Below the pieces are notes generated by a model. It saw nothing but the letters and a program-made list of their open reading frames with translations, was not told the DNA's origin and ran no database searches. 64,000 nt of DNA from a virus, in the IMG/VR virus record IMGVR_UViG_3300030419_003950, positions 3,346 through 67,345 of that record; one strand, given 5' to 3'. The position numbers and the translations under genes were made by a program. Positions 37,427 through 46,886 of the stretch are shown one piece after another (position 1 is the stretch's first letter; each line of letters begins with the position of its first letter).

Positions 37427-38332
37427 TTAAGTCTTAACACCACCTTTTAGTGGTCTTCTTAATTCTTTTTCAGAAGTTATTTCTTCGTCCTCTTCTTCCT
37501 CTATCTCTGGTTCAGATGAATATATTGCAATAGGTTCTGGTTCAGGTTTTGGTTTTTCATCATTATACATTTCCCAAAACTTCCACCAAGATTTTTTTCT
37601 TACAACTTTTGCTAATTCAGGTTTTTCTTGTTCTCTAAGTATAAGTGCTTGGTTAAAAGCTATAACTAACATCACAGCTAATGGGTCAAACACAAAGATA
37701 AGAATAAAGATAAAGAACTTAACGACTGTATCAACATCTGTTTCAAATGTTCTGGCCAAATAAATTGCTGGGCCTACATCCACACCAGTCTCAACCAATT
37801 GAACTTTCAAATCACCAATTTCACTTTTAACTCTAAGTATCTCATCGTTAACTGATTGAATTCGTGGATTATATTCTTCTCTTAGTTTTCTTTTTGCAGT
37901 GATATAGTTATCAGGTAAATCTTTAACCTGAACATCTAACTCATCTTTTAAAAATACTTTATCTTCTTGTAATTGTTCTAACCTATCTTCATATGCAAAT
38001 AATTGATTAGATTGTTTTTCGAAACTGACTGTTGCACCTTGATAGGCATTTGATAGATATCCAAAGATACCTGCACTTGTGATTAATACTAATGTTACTA
38101 CCGCAGTCATTAAATAAGTTTTTTGGAATAGATTAACTTTATCCCAATATCTATACAAAAATGCAGCAGTAACCAACTTACCGAATTCTAATGAACCCGC
38201 CATGATGATTACACTTAATGCTGCTCCTGCAAATAATTTACTTAAACCGAATACTGAAAAGAATGCAGCACTTCCAGCTATAAGTAATGCCGCAATTCCC
38301 AAGTATATGTGGAAATTATTTGAGCGTTCCAT
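37427..38332 (-). CDS. Multi-TM coiled-coil membrane protein
   Basis: Three N-terminal TMs, coiled coil, IFVFDPLA. Confidence 0.7.
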   Translation of the reverse strand: MERSNNFHIYLGIAALLIAGSAAFFSVFGLSKLFAGAALSVIIMAGSLEFGKLVTAAFLYRYWDKVNLFQKTYLMTAVVTLVLITSAGIFGYLSNAYQGATVSFEKQSNQLFAYEDRLEQLQEDKVFLKDELDVQVKDLPDNYITAKRKLREEYNPRIQSVNDEILRVKSEIGDLKVQLVETGVDVGPAIYLARTFETDVDTVVKFFIFILIFVFDPLAVMLVIAFNQALILREQEKPELAKVVRKKSWWKFWEMYNDEKPKPEPEPIAIYSSEPEIEEEEDEEITSEKELRRPLKGGVKT

Positions 38333-38345
38333 GTAGTTCTCCTAT

Positions 38346-38528
38346 TTATTCTTCTTCTTCTAACTCTACAAGATTTTCTAAATTATCAAGTTGTTTTTCA
38401 ATACCACGAATAATTCGTAACCATAGTTCGAATCTTTCATCTACATCCTGTGGTATTCTTTCAAACAATCTTCCTAGCTCATCTTGTATAGAAGAAATCG
38501 AGTCTAATACTTGATTTTTTCTTCTCAT
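38346..38528 (-). CDS. Small helical protein
   Basis: ORF track entry with plausible RBS. Confidence 0.5.
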   Translation of the reverse strand: MRRKNQVLDSISSIQDELGRLFERIPQDVDERFELWLRIIRGIEKQLDNLENLVELEEEE

Positions 38529-38565
38529 ATCAACCTTTATATTTTTACTTATTAATAAATATCGG

Positions 38566-39099
38566 CTATATCCCTAATTGTTGCAAAATAAACTTACGAA
38601 AATTATCTTTTGAACCCTTATCTATATGTATCCAAGTCCATGCCCATGTAGTTTTAATCTTCGTTGTTGTATCTATAATAGCCTGTATTTGTTTTTCTAT
38701 TTCGATAATCATCTCATCATCGATTGGTACTTCTAAATCCATTTCATCTGCCATTTCTAACAATGCACCAAAATCTTTATTTCTATTAGCTTCATTAGCC
38801 TTTTTAAATTTATCTTCATCTCCATCCTTTTTATCAGGATGTGTTTTACCAGCCACCTTACGATAAACCTTTCTGAAAGTATCTTCTTCAACTTCTGTTT
38901 GTATCTTTTCAAATGGGTCTTTTTCAGGTTTAGTTGTTGGTGTTGGTGTGCCTCCTGAAAGATAAGAAGAAAAGTCTGCATTAAACTTTTCCAAACATTG
39001 TTTATATATAATTTTAGTTTCTTCTAATTCAGTTTGTAGATATCGTAACTTGTGTCTAATTTTTTTTCGTTTTAACTCGTTGACATTATTCATATTCAA
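38566..39099 (-). CDS. J-domain (DnaJ-like) protein
   Basis: YRKVAGKTHPDK motif. Confidence 0.75.
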   Translation of the reverse strand: MNMNNVNELKRKKIRHKLRYLQTELEETKIIYKQCLEKFNADFSSYLSGGTPTPTTKPEKDPFEKIQTEVEEDTFRKVYRKVAGKTHPDKKDGDEDKFKKANEANRNKDFGALLEMADEMDLEVPIDDEMIIEIEKQIQAIIDTTTKIKTTWAWTWIHIDKGSKDNFRKFILQQLGI

Positions 39100-39113
39100 T
39101 AAATATTGTATTT

Positions 39114-39440
39114 GCGTAGTATTCCGTTACTTATTTCAAATTCTTCCGACTTTTTGCTATATCAAAAAATCTCAATTCGTAACTACCACCTCTGGTCTAC
39201 AACCCAGCCTAACTTGTAGTAGCTACCGATGATACTTGTGTTAGGGTCATCTCCTGTTGGCTTTGCTTTGACTCTACTAAAGTTCCCATCGGAACTTATC
39301 ATTGTAGGTGATATATATGAACAAATATATTTGTATCTGCCAATACTACCCGCAAGGACTTTTGTTCGGTCACTAATCCGAAACCTTTTCACCCACATGG
39401 AAAACAACAAAACCCTTTCGGGTAAACAAAGAAATCACCT
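39114..39440 (-). ncRNA. Candidate highly structured non-coding RNA, ~330 nt
   Basis: Multiple hairpins, long-range stems and pseudoknot complementarities (see findings); no credible ORF. Confidence 0.55.
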
Positions 39441-39443
39441 CAA

Positions 39444-39647
39444 TTATGTTTCTTGATTTATATCTTCAAATTCTGCTTCAATAAGTTTCATACATATATA
39501 AAATGTATCATCTCTTCTCAAGACGGCATCAGCCAATCCCCACATACCTTTTAATTGTTCTGGAGTGTAACCAGATTTAACCGATACCGTCCCAAGTATT
39601 TGAAACCTATCCTCTCCGATTGTGATAAATTCTTTTATAAGAATTAT
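39444..39647 (-). CDS. 67-aa hypothetical protein with apparent non-canonical ATA start
   Basis: Open frame IILIKEFITIGEDRFQILG...EDINQET fills the gap after hsp20. Confidence 0.45.
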   Translation of the reverse strand: MILIKEFITIGEDRFQILGTVSVKSGYTPEQLKGMWGLADAVLRRDDTFYICMKLIEAEFEDINQET

Positions 39648-40120
39648 CCAATCTTAACAGAATGTTTTTTCGGTTTTTCTGGTTCTATCTTTGGAATAGA
39701 AACTGAAAGAATCCCATCTTTGAAATTAGCTGAAATATTTTCACCATCCAACATATCACCTAATTCAAATTGTCTTTTGAATGAAGACTGCTTTAATTCT
39801 CTACGAATTACTTTAGCACCCTCAGCATCAAAAGAACTATGTTTATCTCCAGAGATAGTTAAGATACCTTCTTCAACATCAACACTTAATTGTTTCTTGT
39901 CGAGTCCTGGAATCTCAGCTACAACTCCAACTTTGTCATCGTATTCATATACATTGACTTTTGGATAAGCCGTGCCAGAGTATGGATTTACTCCAACTGA
40001 TTTTGTTATATCTGGAAATTGTGTTGACACGATTTGGTCAAACATTTTATCAAACGGGGTTAAAAAATCTTCCCTATCGATTACAGGGAAGCCACCTTTG
40101 TGAAAAGTAACTTTAGTCAT
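39644..40120 (-). CDS. Hsp20 / alpha-crystallin small heat-shock protein
   Basis: YPKVNV, EIPG, FKRQF and ANFKDGILSV motifs. Confidence 0.92.
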   Translation of the reverse strand: MTKVTFHKGGFPVIDREDFLTPFDKMFDQIVSTQFPDITKSVGVNPYSGTAYPKVNVYEYDDKVGVVAEIPGLDKKQLSVDVEEGILTISGDKHSSFDAEGAKVIRRELKQSSFKRQFELGDMLDGENISANFKDGILSVSIPKIEPEKPKKHSVKIG

Positions 40121-40423
40121 TTTATTTCTCCTTTGTTAACTTGTTAGTCTAACTGAATATTGATTCACATTGACATCAATATCCATCTCTTCATATCGAC
40201 CTCATTCGAGCGTCGAATCCTTTATTCAATAATAAATATATACTTATTGCCGAAAAATCAAATTTTTTTCAATAATTTTTTTGGTATCCAAACTATCTTA
40301 CCCATATCATCCGTTCCTTTAACCTTCTCATCATGTTGTTTTGATTCAAACAATTGTTCATCACATTTGATGATTGTATCCTTATGTATCATCCCTTCAA
40401 TAGTAGGATAATCGAATAATACC

Positions 40424-40708
40424 TTAGCCTTCACTGCTGGTATCTAACGGGTAGTAAAGTTGAAACTTAGCAGTTAATATTTCTGGGTCTTGAACACCAA
40501 CCATCGTTTCTACCACACTATCATTTTTTAAAATTTTAATTGTAGGTACTGAACGAACATGATGACTTTCTGCCAGAATAGGGTCTTCATCCACATCTTC
40601 AAAATAGATTGGATAACCTGCCTGTTCCAAACTTTCCATTAATGGTTTATAGGCTTTACAAGGCCCACACCACTTGGCACTAAAATATATGATTTTTACA
40701 TCATCCAT
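40424..40708 (-). CDS. Thioredoxin
   Basis: WCGPC and SVPT motifs. Confidence 0.9.
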   Translation of the reverse strand: MDDVKIIYFSAKWCGPCKAYKPLMESLEQAGYPIYFEDVDEDPILAESHHVRSVPTIKILKNDSVVETMVGVQDPEILTAKFQLYYPLDTSSEG

Positions 40709-40774
40709 TATTTACTCCATGTCATTTGTTTATAACTCATTGTAGTTGTTTCCGTTGCATAGGGAACAACAATT

Positions 40775-41308
40775 TTATATTGCATCTGGTCCTTCTTCGG
40801 ACGGTTTGTCAACAAAATCTTTTTCTTTCTCGATTTTCTCATTTTTTATTTCCTTAGCTGCTTCAGCTTTGAAATCTTTTTTAGTTCCACCATGATAATC
40901 ATAAGCATGACCTTCTTCAATTAGAATATCATTTACACTTACCCAACCATCATGTGATAAATCAATTTTACTATCAGGATTAGAAATACACTCAGTAATA
41001 TGTTCACCAACAAAATCAGGTGATACAAATACCTCACCAAGAACTCTACCAAACTTACCTGTTCCATGTGAGATTATTTTAAAACTTCCACCCTCTAATA
41101 ATTCTTTATTACGAGCTTTGGCTAATAAACCTTTTGCCTTTTCTTCTAAATCTCTTGTTCTTGATTCCCAGGTATCAATACCCATGTATCTAACTCTTTT
41201 TTTAATTTTTAAATCAAATCCTAAATCGATATAACAATCGATAGTATCTCCATCTAAAACTCTTACTAACTCTGCCTCGTATTCACGAGTATCAAGTTTT
41301 TTTGCCAT
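40775..41308 (-). CDS. Thermonuclease (SNase)-family protein
   Basis: RVLDGDT, VRYMGIDTWE and GKFGRVLG motifs. Confidence 0.8.
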   Translation of the reverse strand: MAKKLDTREYEAELVRVLDGDTIDCYIDLGFDLKIKKRVRYMGIDTWESRTRDLEEKAKGLLAKARNKELLEGGSFKIISHGTGKFGRVLGEVFVSPDFVGEHITECISNPDSKIDLSHDGWVSVNDILIEEGHAYDYHGGTKKDFKAEAAKEIKNEKIEKEKDFVDKPSEEGPDAI

Positions 41309-41353
41309 CTTATTTCTCCTGTTATTTATGTAACCAAGAGAAATAAAATTTCT

Positions 41354-41635
41354 CTAAATTCTTAACAACCCAACTTGGTTTGCTATATTTTTAGTTTTAT
41401 CTAAAATTTTCGAATACTTAATTTCTTCTACACACTTTAATATGGATTGTATCTCACTTAACTTTAAATCACTCTGATAAAAGTTCTCTTTATATAAATA
41501 TGTAGTTTGTTGTTTTGCCAACATATTTTCCAAGATATTTATCACTTCTTTAAAATTAATCCAAGATGAATAATCCCCATTTAATTTTGGTGCATGAGAT
41601 GCAAGGACAAGATAATTTGAATATTCTAATTCCAT
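41354..41635 (-). CDS. Hypothetical protein
   Basis: Coupled ORF. Confidence 0.45.
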   Translation of the reverse strand: MELEYSNYLVLASHAPKLNGDYSSWINFKEVINILENMLAKQQTTYLYKENFYQSDLKLSEIQSILKCVEEIKYSKILDKTKNIANQVGLLRI

Positions 41636-41952
41636 TAATTTAACTTAGCCGGTCGCCTTAATTCTATCCCACCGCCTTGTGGTCTTTTAGTTATTGTTTT
41701 TCCACCATCTGGACTTTCATAAATCCACTTTCTATCTTCTGGCCAGATTTCTAATTGTTCACCAATTAATACATCATCGAGCACAGGTGGTAATTCTTTT
41801 GCTTCCCATTCATCAACACTATCAGTATCAGAAAGTTCAGAAATTAATACGGCAGATATTTCAGTTGCCAACATATCTCTGGCACTTTCAGATGCCAAGT
41901 TTGGTTGATTATCACTATGTCTATTTAAAACTTTTTTAATAATCTCTTTCAT
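41635..41952 (-). CDS. Hypothetical protein
   Basis: GGAG RBS; IYESPDGGKT motif. Confidence 0.55.
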   Translation of the reverse strand: MKEIIKKVLNRHSDNQPNLASESARDMLATEISAVLISELSDTDSVDEWEAKELPPVLDDVLIGEQLEIWPEDRKWIYESPDGGKTITKRPQGGGIELRRPAKLN

Positions 41953-42013
41953 TAATACTCCATCATTACAATTATAAGTATCAAGTTCACTTTCCTTATT
42001 ACAATATTTTTTA

Positions 42014-42053
42014 GGTGGGACGGAAAAGAAAGGAAATAAAAAACCATCCCACC
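42014..42053 (-). promoter_or_regulatory. 3'-UTR hairpin with 20-nt anti-RBS loop
   Basis: 10-bp stem (one GU pair on the minus strand); loop complementary to 43238-43258. Confidence 0.55.
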
Positions 42054-42066
42054 CAAGACTTCTTAA

Positions 42067-43275
42067 TTAGAAGTCTGAATCATCTGAATTTTCTTCATCC
42101 TCATTGAACAAGTCTTCAGAAGAACCATCAGAAACATACTTTTGAACAAGCTGTTTCACAAAAGTTCTTTCACTATCCATCCCACCATCATCAGCGAATT
42201 GTGGATAGATACTTACTTCAGAAGCCTCATCAATTCCGAAACCATCATAAATCAAACCAGCCATCTCAACAGAAGTTCTGGTAGAAACACCAGTCGTAAC
42301 TTTACCTGAATCAGATTTTGATTCCATTCTCGTAGTGTGAGCAATCTCAGAAACAGCCTTCAACAACTCAGGGTCTACATGGGGAAACATATAAGTTAGT
42401 AATCCGAACTCTTCTTCATCAGTCAGAACATCCATCTCAACGATAGTGAATCTGTCCATCAAAGCCTTATCCATAACTCTGGTAGAAGTGTATTCATTAC
42501 CAATGTTAGCGGTAGCCACAAAAGTAACTCCCTCAGCAACTGGAATTGTTTCCTGTCCTGAAGCCTCATCCAACCTAAGATATCTCTGTCCATTATCTAA
42601 AACGGTCATCAAAATATTCCAAGCATCTGGGTGAGCCCTTGATAACTCATCAAGAAGAATCACAGCGTTTGGTGTTTGAATAGCCTTTACAAAAAGTGAT
42701 TCTGAAAAGTAAGTTCCTTTCTTCTTATCGAAGTGAACATTACCAATCAGAGTGGCTCTTGGGTCTTGAGTAGAACCCATATTAAAATAGAAGTCAGGTC
42801 TATCTAAGGCGTTAACCAAAGATTTAGCAGCCATGGTTTTACCACAACCAGCAGGACCAGTCATTAAAATGTTCTTACCACGAACGGCAGAACGAATTAA
42901 GTATTTCCATTTCAATTCCTTCATCACCAAACCTTTAGGTTTTAGTGAATAAGAACCATGAATGAAATTTAAAATTTCACCATGTTCCTCAGGAACTTCT
43001 ACGGAAGATACATCAAATACAGGAGCCGAAGAAGCTTCGAATTCACTCATCGGAACAGCCCACCAATATTTACCACCAGATTTATTAATCCTACGCTCAA
43101 GAGCCATTCCATTATTGAAGGCTTTTTTACGAGCACCAGTAGTAATATCGGATGTCCATTTCTTACCATCGGCATCCCAAGCATTGTATCGGTTTCCCGA
43201 TTTCTCAATGCGAACTATTACTGAATTATTATCCATATTTTTTATTTCCTTTTCTTTTGTTAATTTTTCACTCAT
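42067..43275 (-). CDS. MoxR/CbbQ/CobS-like AAA+ ATPase
   Basis: GPAGCGKT, LLDELSR, ATAN and ALMDRF motifs; likely start 43236 (MDNNS) after AAGGA. Confidence 0.88.
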   Translation of the reverse strand: MSEKLTKEKEIKNMDNNSVIVRIEKSGNRYNAWDADGKKWTSDITTGARKKAFNNGMALERRINKSGGKYWWAVPMSEFEASSAPVFDVSSVEVPEEHGEILNFIHGSYSLKPKGLVMKELKWKYLIRSAVRGKNILMTGPAGCGKTMAAKSLVNALDRPDFYFNMGSTQDPRATLIGNVHFDKKKGTYFSESLFVKAIQTPNAVILLDELSRAHPDAWNILMTVLDNGQRYLRLDEASGQETIPVAEGVTFVATANIGNEYTSTRVMDKALMDRFTIVEMDVLTDEEEFGLLTYMFPHVDPELLKAVSEIAHTTRMESKSDSGKVTTGVSTRTSVEMAGLIYDGFGIDEASEVSIYPQFADDGGMDSERTFVKQLVQKYVSDGSSEDLFNEDEENSDDSDF

Positions 43276-43287
43276 TATTTATACCTA

Positions 43288-43328
43288 AATATACAACATA
43301 AATACTATACAAGTCAAGTCTTTTTTTC
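43288..43328 (-). promoter_or_regulatory. Phage early-type promoter, copy 3
   Basis: A-tract GAC TTGACT N18 TATATT. Confidence 0.78.
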
Positions 43329-43340
43329 ACTTTTTTTAAA

Positions 43341-43517
43341 TTAATTTTTCCACCAATGTAACTTACCATTAGCATCTTGAAATGTTCCCCAACCACATTT
43401 TTTCCAAATACATTTCCACTCCATATGAAACATTGAATCTTTCCATAATTTCATATTCCAGCCACAATTACACATTGGATTATATTTATTTATTAGAGTA
43501 TTATATAACCATTTCAT
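43341..43517 (-). CDS. 58-aa Trp/Cys-rich protein
   Basis: Manual translation MKWLY...MCNCGW...KCIWKKCGW...HWWKN. Confidence 0.5.
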   Translation of the reverse strand: MKWLYNTLINKYNPMCNCGWNMKLWKDSMFHMEWKCIWKKCGWGTFQDANGKLHWWKN

Positions 43518-43520
43518 AAT

Positions 43521-45776
43521 TTATTTTTCCAAGAACTTATCATTCATTGTTTTTGAGATTTGAACAACCGAACTCAAGTCAATCATCTCAGCATCTTTAC
43601 CATACATTCTTTTGAAATCTTTCACACTATCTTCTCTACCATAACTTGAATCACTAACAAAGTAAGAAAGAACTTTAACACCCATCTTTCTAAACTCATC
43701 AACTTGTCTCTTAGTGTGATTAACAGCATCTTGATGATAGTAATTAATTGAACTATTACTGAACATTGGCATCCCATCAGAAATATTCAAGAAATACGAA
43801 TCACGAGTATTTGTAGTAGGAAGAATATCTTTCATAATAGCCTCGAAACATAATCCCTCAGGTGTAGTTCCACCAGGATAAATGTTAGGAAACATTTTCT
43901 TTACTTTTGAAAACTTATCAACTCTTGAATCATAAGCCACTAAAATAAGTGGTGAACAAGAATTTCCTCTTCCGTATCTATTAGTATCATGAGTACTTCT
44001 GAAACTAACCATCACATCTAAACCTTGAATCATATCGATAGCCTTGATAAGAGCAATAGTAGTAATCATTGTTTGATTCCACTTATCTCCACCCATCGAA
44101 CCAGAAGCATCAACCGAGATATGTAAGAAAGCATCTGAATACTTATCAACGAAAGTGGTTGAGAAAACTCTCTCGTTTCCAAAACCTAACTCAGCGATTA
44201 ATCTTTTATCAATCTTTCCACTATCTAATCTGTTCCATTTTAAATCTCTTGATTCTCCACGAACTTGAAGTTTTCTACCTAACTTAGTTCCAAGTGAAAC
44301 ACCTTTAGCAACAACACTTTCATCAGTTCTGTAATAGTGTGATTGACCACGAATAACACTTGGGAATAATGATTCATCAATCATAGTTTGAGTAAGTTTC
44401 TTAACATAAATAACATCAACACCTTTACCAGGAAGATACTCACCAGTTCTGTAATCATATTCATCAGAACCAATACCTTCACCAGCGGTAACTTTCTCAA
44501 CACCAGCCTCTTCCATAGTCTTTACAATGGCCGAATCTTTCTTGGTTAACTTACCAACTTTTTTGGTATCACCATTATTAAAATCTTTTTGTTTCTCAAT
44601 AGCGTTCATCAATTGTTTTCTTTGTCTATCAGATAATTGAATTGGTTTACCTTTTTCATCAGTTCCACTAGCCGAGTAATTTGAATCAGAAGAACTTGGA
44701 ATCTGAATTGAATTTTCACCACCTGAACCACCACTCATTGAATCAGAAGTTTCAAGAGAATCTAAAAGTGAATCAAACTCATCATCACTCATAGTAGTTC
44801 CACCACTCTCGCCATCTGTTGGTGAACCATTATCTCCATCGTGCTCTATCCCACTCATACCAGAAGTATCAATTGGATTACCATTTTCATCAAACTCAAT
44901 TTCTGGAAGATTGTTTAGAATCAATGAGTAAACTTCAAGAGCAACATTGAAAGCCTCTTCAGTAGAATTAAGTTTTTTAACTCTTCCACCACCGAAGATT
45001 GTTTTATAAATTTTATCTAAATCAGGAAGAACATCTAACCTACGATTCTTATTAGTTAGATTTAAGATTCTCATTATATATGAATCCCAATCTAATGATG
45101 TGTGTGAATCAGTAAGTAGAGCCTTATCAATTACTTTAGAATGAAAATACTTATCATACATTGAATGATAGTAACCTTTATAACCAGGTGAAGAAGTGAA
45201 AACATAATTATCAATTCTTCTATCTTCAACATAGTTTAATAAATTTTTAATATGAGTTCTAACATCATATCTACCGAAACCAACTTTCTCACCTTTAAGA
45301 AAAAATTCTTCAGGAATATTGTTTTCAAGATTTCTTAAAAATTCGAAATCAGAAAGTTTAATGTGAGAACCTTCATGAAGAGCCAACCCAACAACAGGGT
45401 CAAAATTCTTTTCATCAATCTTAGAACCAATAACAACTCTTTTACCATCAGTATAAGAATCATCATTACTTTGGAATCTAACAGGAATATCAGATTTGTT
45501 AGTAACGATAGTTACAAAGTTTGAAATAGCCCTACGATAAGAAGCAAGTTTAATATGGTCAACACCAGGTTTTTTTGGTTTAACAATTTCACCATTCTCA
45601 TCTATATCATTATCTAAATCTAAAATACTCGTTCTACGAGTTTCCCAAGAATTATCAGCCCAAAACGATGAGAACGGATTTGATTTCTTTTTGTATGAAG
45701 AATCATATTTCTCACGAAGAGCCATAGGATTAAAATGTTTAATTTTTGTATCTTTCAAATTTTTTCCCTTTTTCAT
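43521..45776 (-). CDS. vWA-domain protein with N-terminal HEXXH domain (CobT-like MoxR partner)
   Basis: LHEGSH, NYVEDRRI, MIDAS DASGSM, GGTTP, SDGMP. Confidence 0.85.
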   Translation of the reverse strand: MKKGKNLKDTKIKHFNPMALREKYDSSYKKKSNPFSSFWADNSWETRRTSILDLDNDIDENGEIVKPKKPGVDHIKLASYRRAISNFVTIVTNKSDIPVRFQSNDDSYTDGKRVVIGSKIDEKNFDPVVGLALHEGSHIKLSDFEFLRNLENNIPEEFFLKGEKVGFGRYDVRTHIKNLLNYVEDRRIDNYVFTSSPGYKGYYHSMYDKYFHSKVIDKALLTDSHTSLDWDSYIMRILNLTNKNRRLDVLPDLDKIYKTIFGGGRVKKLNSTEEAFNVALEVYSLILNNLPEIEFDENGNPIDTSGMSGIEHDGDNGSPTDGESGGTTMSDDEFDSLLDSLETSDSMSGGSGGENSIQIPSSSDSNYSASGTDEKGKPIQLSDRQRKQLMNAIEKQKDFNNGDTKKVGKLTKKDSAIVKTMEEAGVEKVTAGEGIGSDEYDYRTGEYLPGKGVDVIYVKKLTQTMIDESLFPSVIRGQSHYYRTDESVVAKGVSLGTKLGRKLQVRGESRDLKWNRLDSGKIDKRLIAELGFGNERVFSTTFVDKYSDAFLHISVDASGSMGGDKWNQTMITTIALIKAIDMIQGLDVMVSFRSTHDTNRYGRGNSCSPLILVAYDSRVDKFSKVKKMFPNIYPGGTTPEGLCFEAIMKDILPTTNTRDSYFLNISDGMPMFSNSSINYYHQDAVNHTKRQVDEFRKMGVKVLSYFVSDSSYGREDSVKDFKRMYGKDAEMIDLSSVVQISKTMNDKFLEK

Positions 45777-45783
45777 ATACCTA

Positions 45784-45823
45784 AATATACTAATAAAAAT
45801 ACATATAAGTCAAGTCTTTTTTT
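45784..45823 (-). promoter_or_regulatory. Phage early-type promoter, copy 4
   Basis: A-tract GAC TTGACT N18 TATATT. Confidence 0.78.
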
Positions 45824-45836
45824 CACTTTTTTTAAA

Positions 45837-45923
45837 TTATTTTTTTGCACAATACCAAGTACAATATTTACCATTTTTATACTTGACTACTGCTTTAATC
45901 TTTTTACATTTATCACAATTCAT
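45837..45923 (-). CDS. 28-aa zinc-finger-like micropeptide
   Basis: MNCDKCKKIKAVVKYKNGKYCTWYCAKK directly after promoter copy 5. Confidence 0.35.
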   Translation of the reverse strand: MNCDKCKKIKAVVKYKNGKYCTWYCAKK

Positions 45924-45928
45924 ATCTG

Positions 45929-45968
45929 ACGCTACGAATAAAAGCATATATAAGTCAAGTCTTTTTTT
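45929..45968 (-). promoter_or_regulatory. Phage early-type promoter, copy 5 (weaker -10)
   Basis: A-tract GAC TTGACT N18 TAGCGT. Confidence 0.55.
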
Positions 45969-46038
45969 AAAAAAGTTGTTATTTTTTTATATTTTTCTAC
46001 TATATATTATTGTAGGTAGGTATCCAAAGGGCGAAATT

Positions 46039-46671
46039 CTATATAGTTTTTTCATATCCGAAAATTCTGAAATCATCACAATAAAAATCATACACCAATT
46101 CCATTAATTCATCATCATAAAGTTCTTTCCATTTATATGGTGGTTCTGATTTATTATAATGTGGTAATTCATATGGTTCAATTCCTATCTTCTCACACGC
46201 GTAATCGAAATCATTTTGTAGGTTTTCATATCTTCCAATAAAATCTAATTCTCTATCAAGATAATAATGTTGTGGTATCTGTGACCACCAACCTTGTCCT
46301 ACTGCTGATGTTCCTTGTTTATATTGTATATTTGCATTTATACCTTGTATTGCCCATTTCTTAAATGTATTTATTTTTGCTATCTCTTTACCTTGTGAAT
46401 GTTTAGGTCCAGGTCTATAACGATTTGACCTATGATAAAAATAATAACTACACAATCTACTATATGGATTTCTTACGAATGCAAATTTAAAATATTTATT
46501 CCAAATTCTTGAACCATGTCTTTTATAAACTACACTTGCAGCATCATGTGGGTAAATATTACCTCTTGATATTACTCCATATTGTTCAAATGGAAAACTA
46601 TTACGAACACTTGTTCCACCAGTTTTAGGAACATGAATAAATATAAATTTATGTTTATGATGAACCCACAT
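46039..46671 (-). CDS. Sulfotransferase (Sulfotransfer_2-like)
   Basis: FIHVPKTGGTS, FVRNPYSR, DFIGRYE and DFRIFGY motifs. Confidence 0.85.
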   Translation of the reverse strand: MWVHHKHKFIFIHVPKTGGTSVRNSFPFEQYGVISRGNIYPHDAASVVYKRHGSRIWNKYFKFAFVRNPYSRLCSYYFYHRSNRYRPGPKHSQGKEIAKINTFKKWAIQGINANIQYKQGTSAVGQGWWSQIPQHYYLDRELDFIGRYENLQNDFDYACEKIGIEPYELPHYNKSEPPYKWKELYDDELMELVYDFYCDDFRIFGYEKTI

Positions 46672-46886
46672 TAATTCTTACTCGGTTTTATATCAGGATA
46701 ATCTAATAACCTAAATGTTAAAATAACCTTATCACCTTCCCACACTTCATAACCTTCAAATACACAATTACCTGGTTTAATCATTCTATCTATAACTCGT
46801 TGTTGTTGTGATTCTTTATGACAAATACATTGTATTAAATTACCACTAACATTTACATATACAAAATCATCTTTTTCAGCTTTCAC
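46671..46886 (-). CDS. Hypothetical protein
   Basis: Coupled ORF. Confidence 0.5.
   Translation of the reverse strand: MKAEKDDFVYVNVSGNLIQCICHKESQQQRVIDRMIKPGNCVFEGYEVWEGDKVILTFRLLDYPDIKPSKN

Noticed and set aside
39114-39440. RNase P, retron msr-msd or group I intron identity
   Set aside because: AAAAGUCC only loosely resembles GAGGAAAGUCC and no matching 3' motif was found; no reverse transcriptase in the window; no interrupted host gene
39050-39456. Short ORFs on both strands (60-75 aa)
   Set aside because: No RBS or protein-like features; dense base-pairing is better explained by an RNA structure
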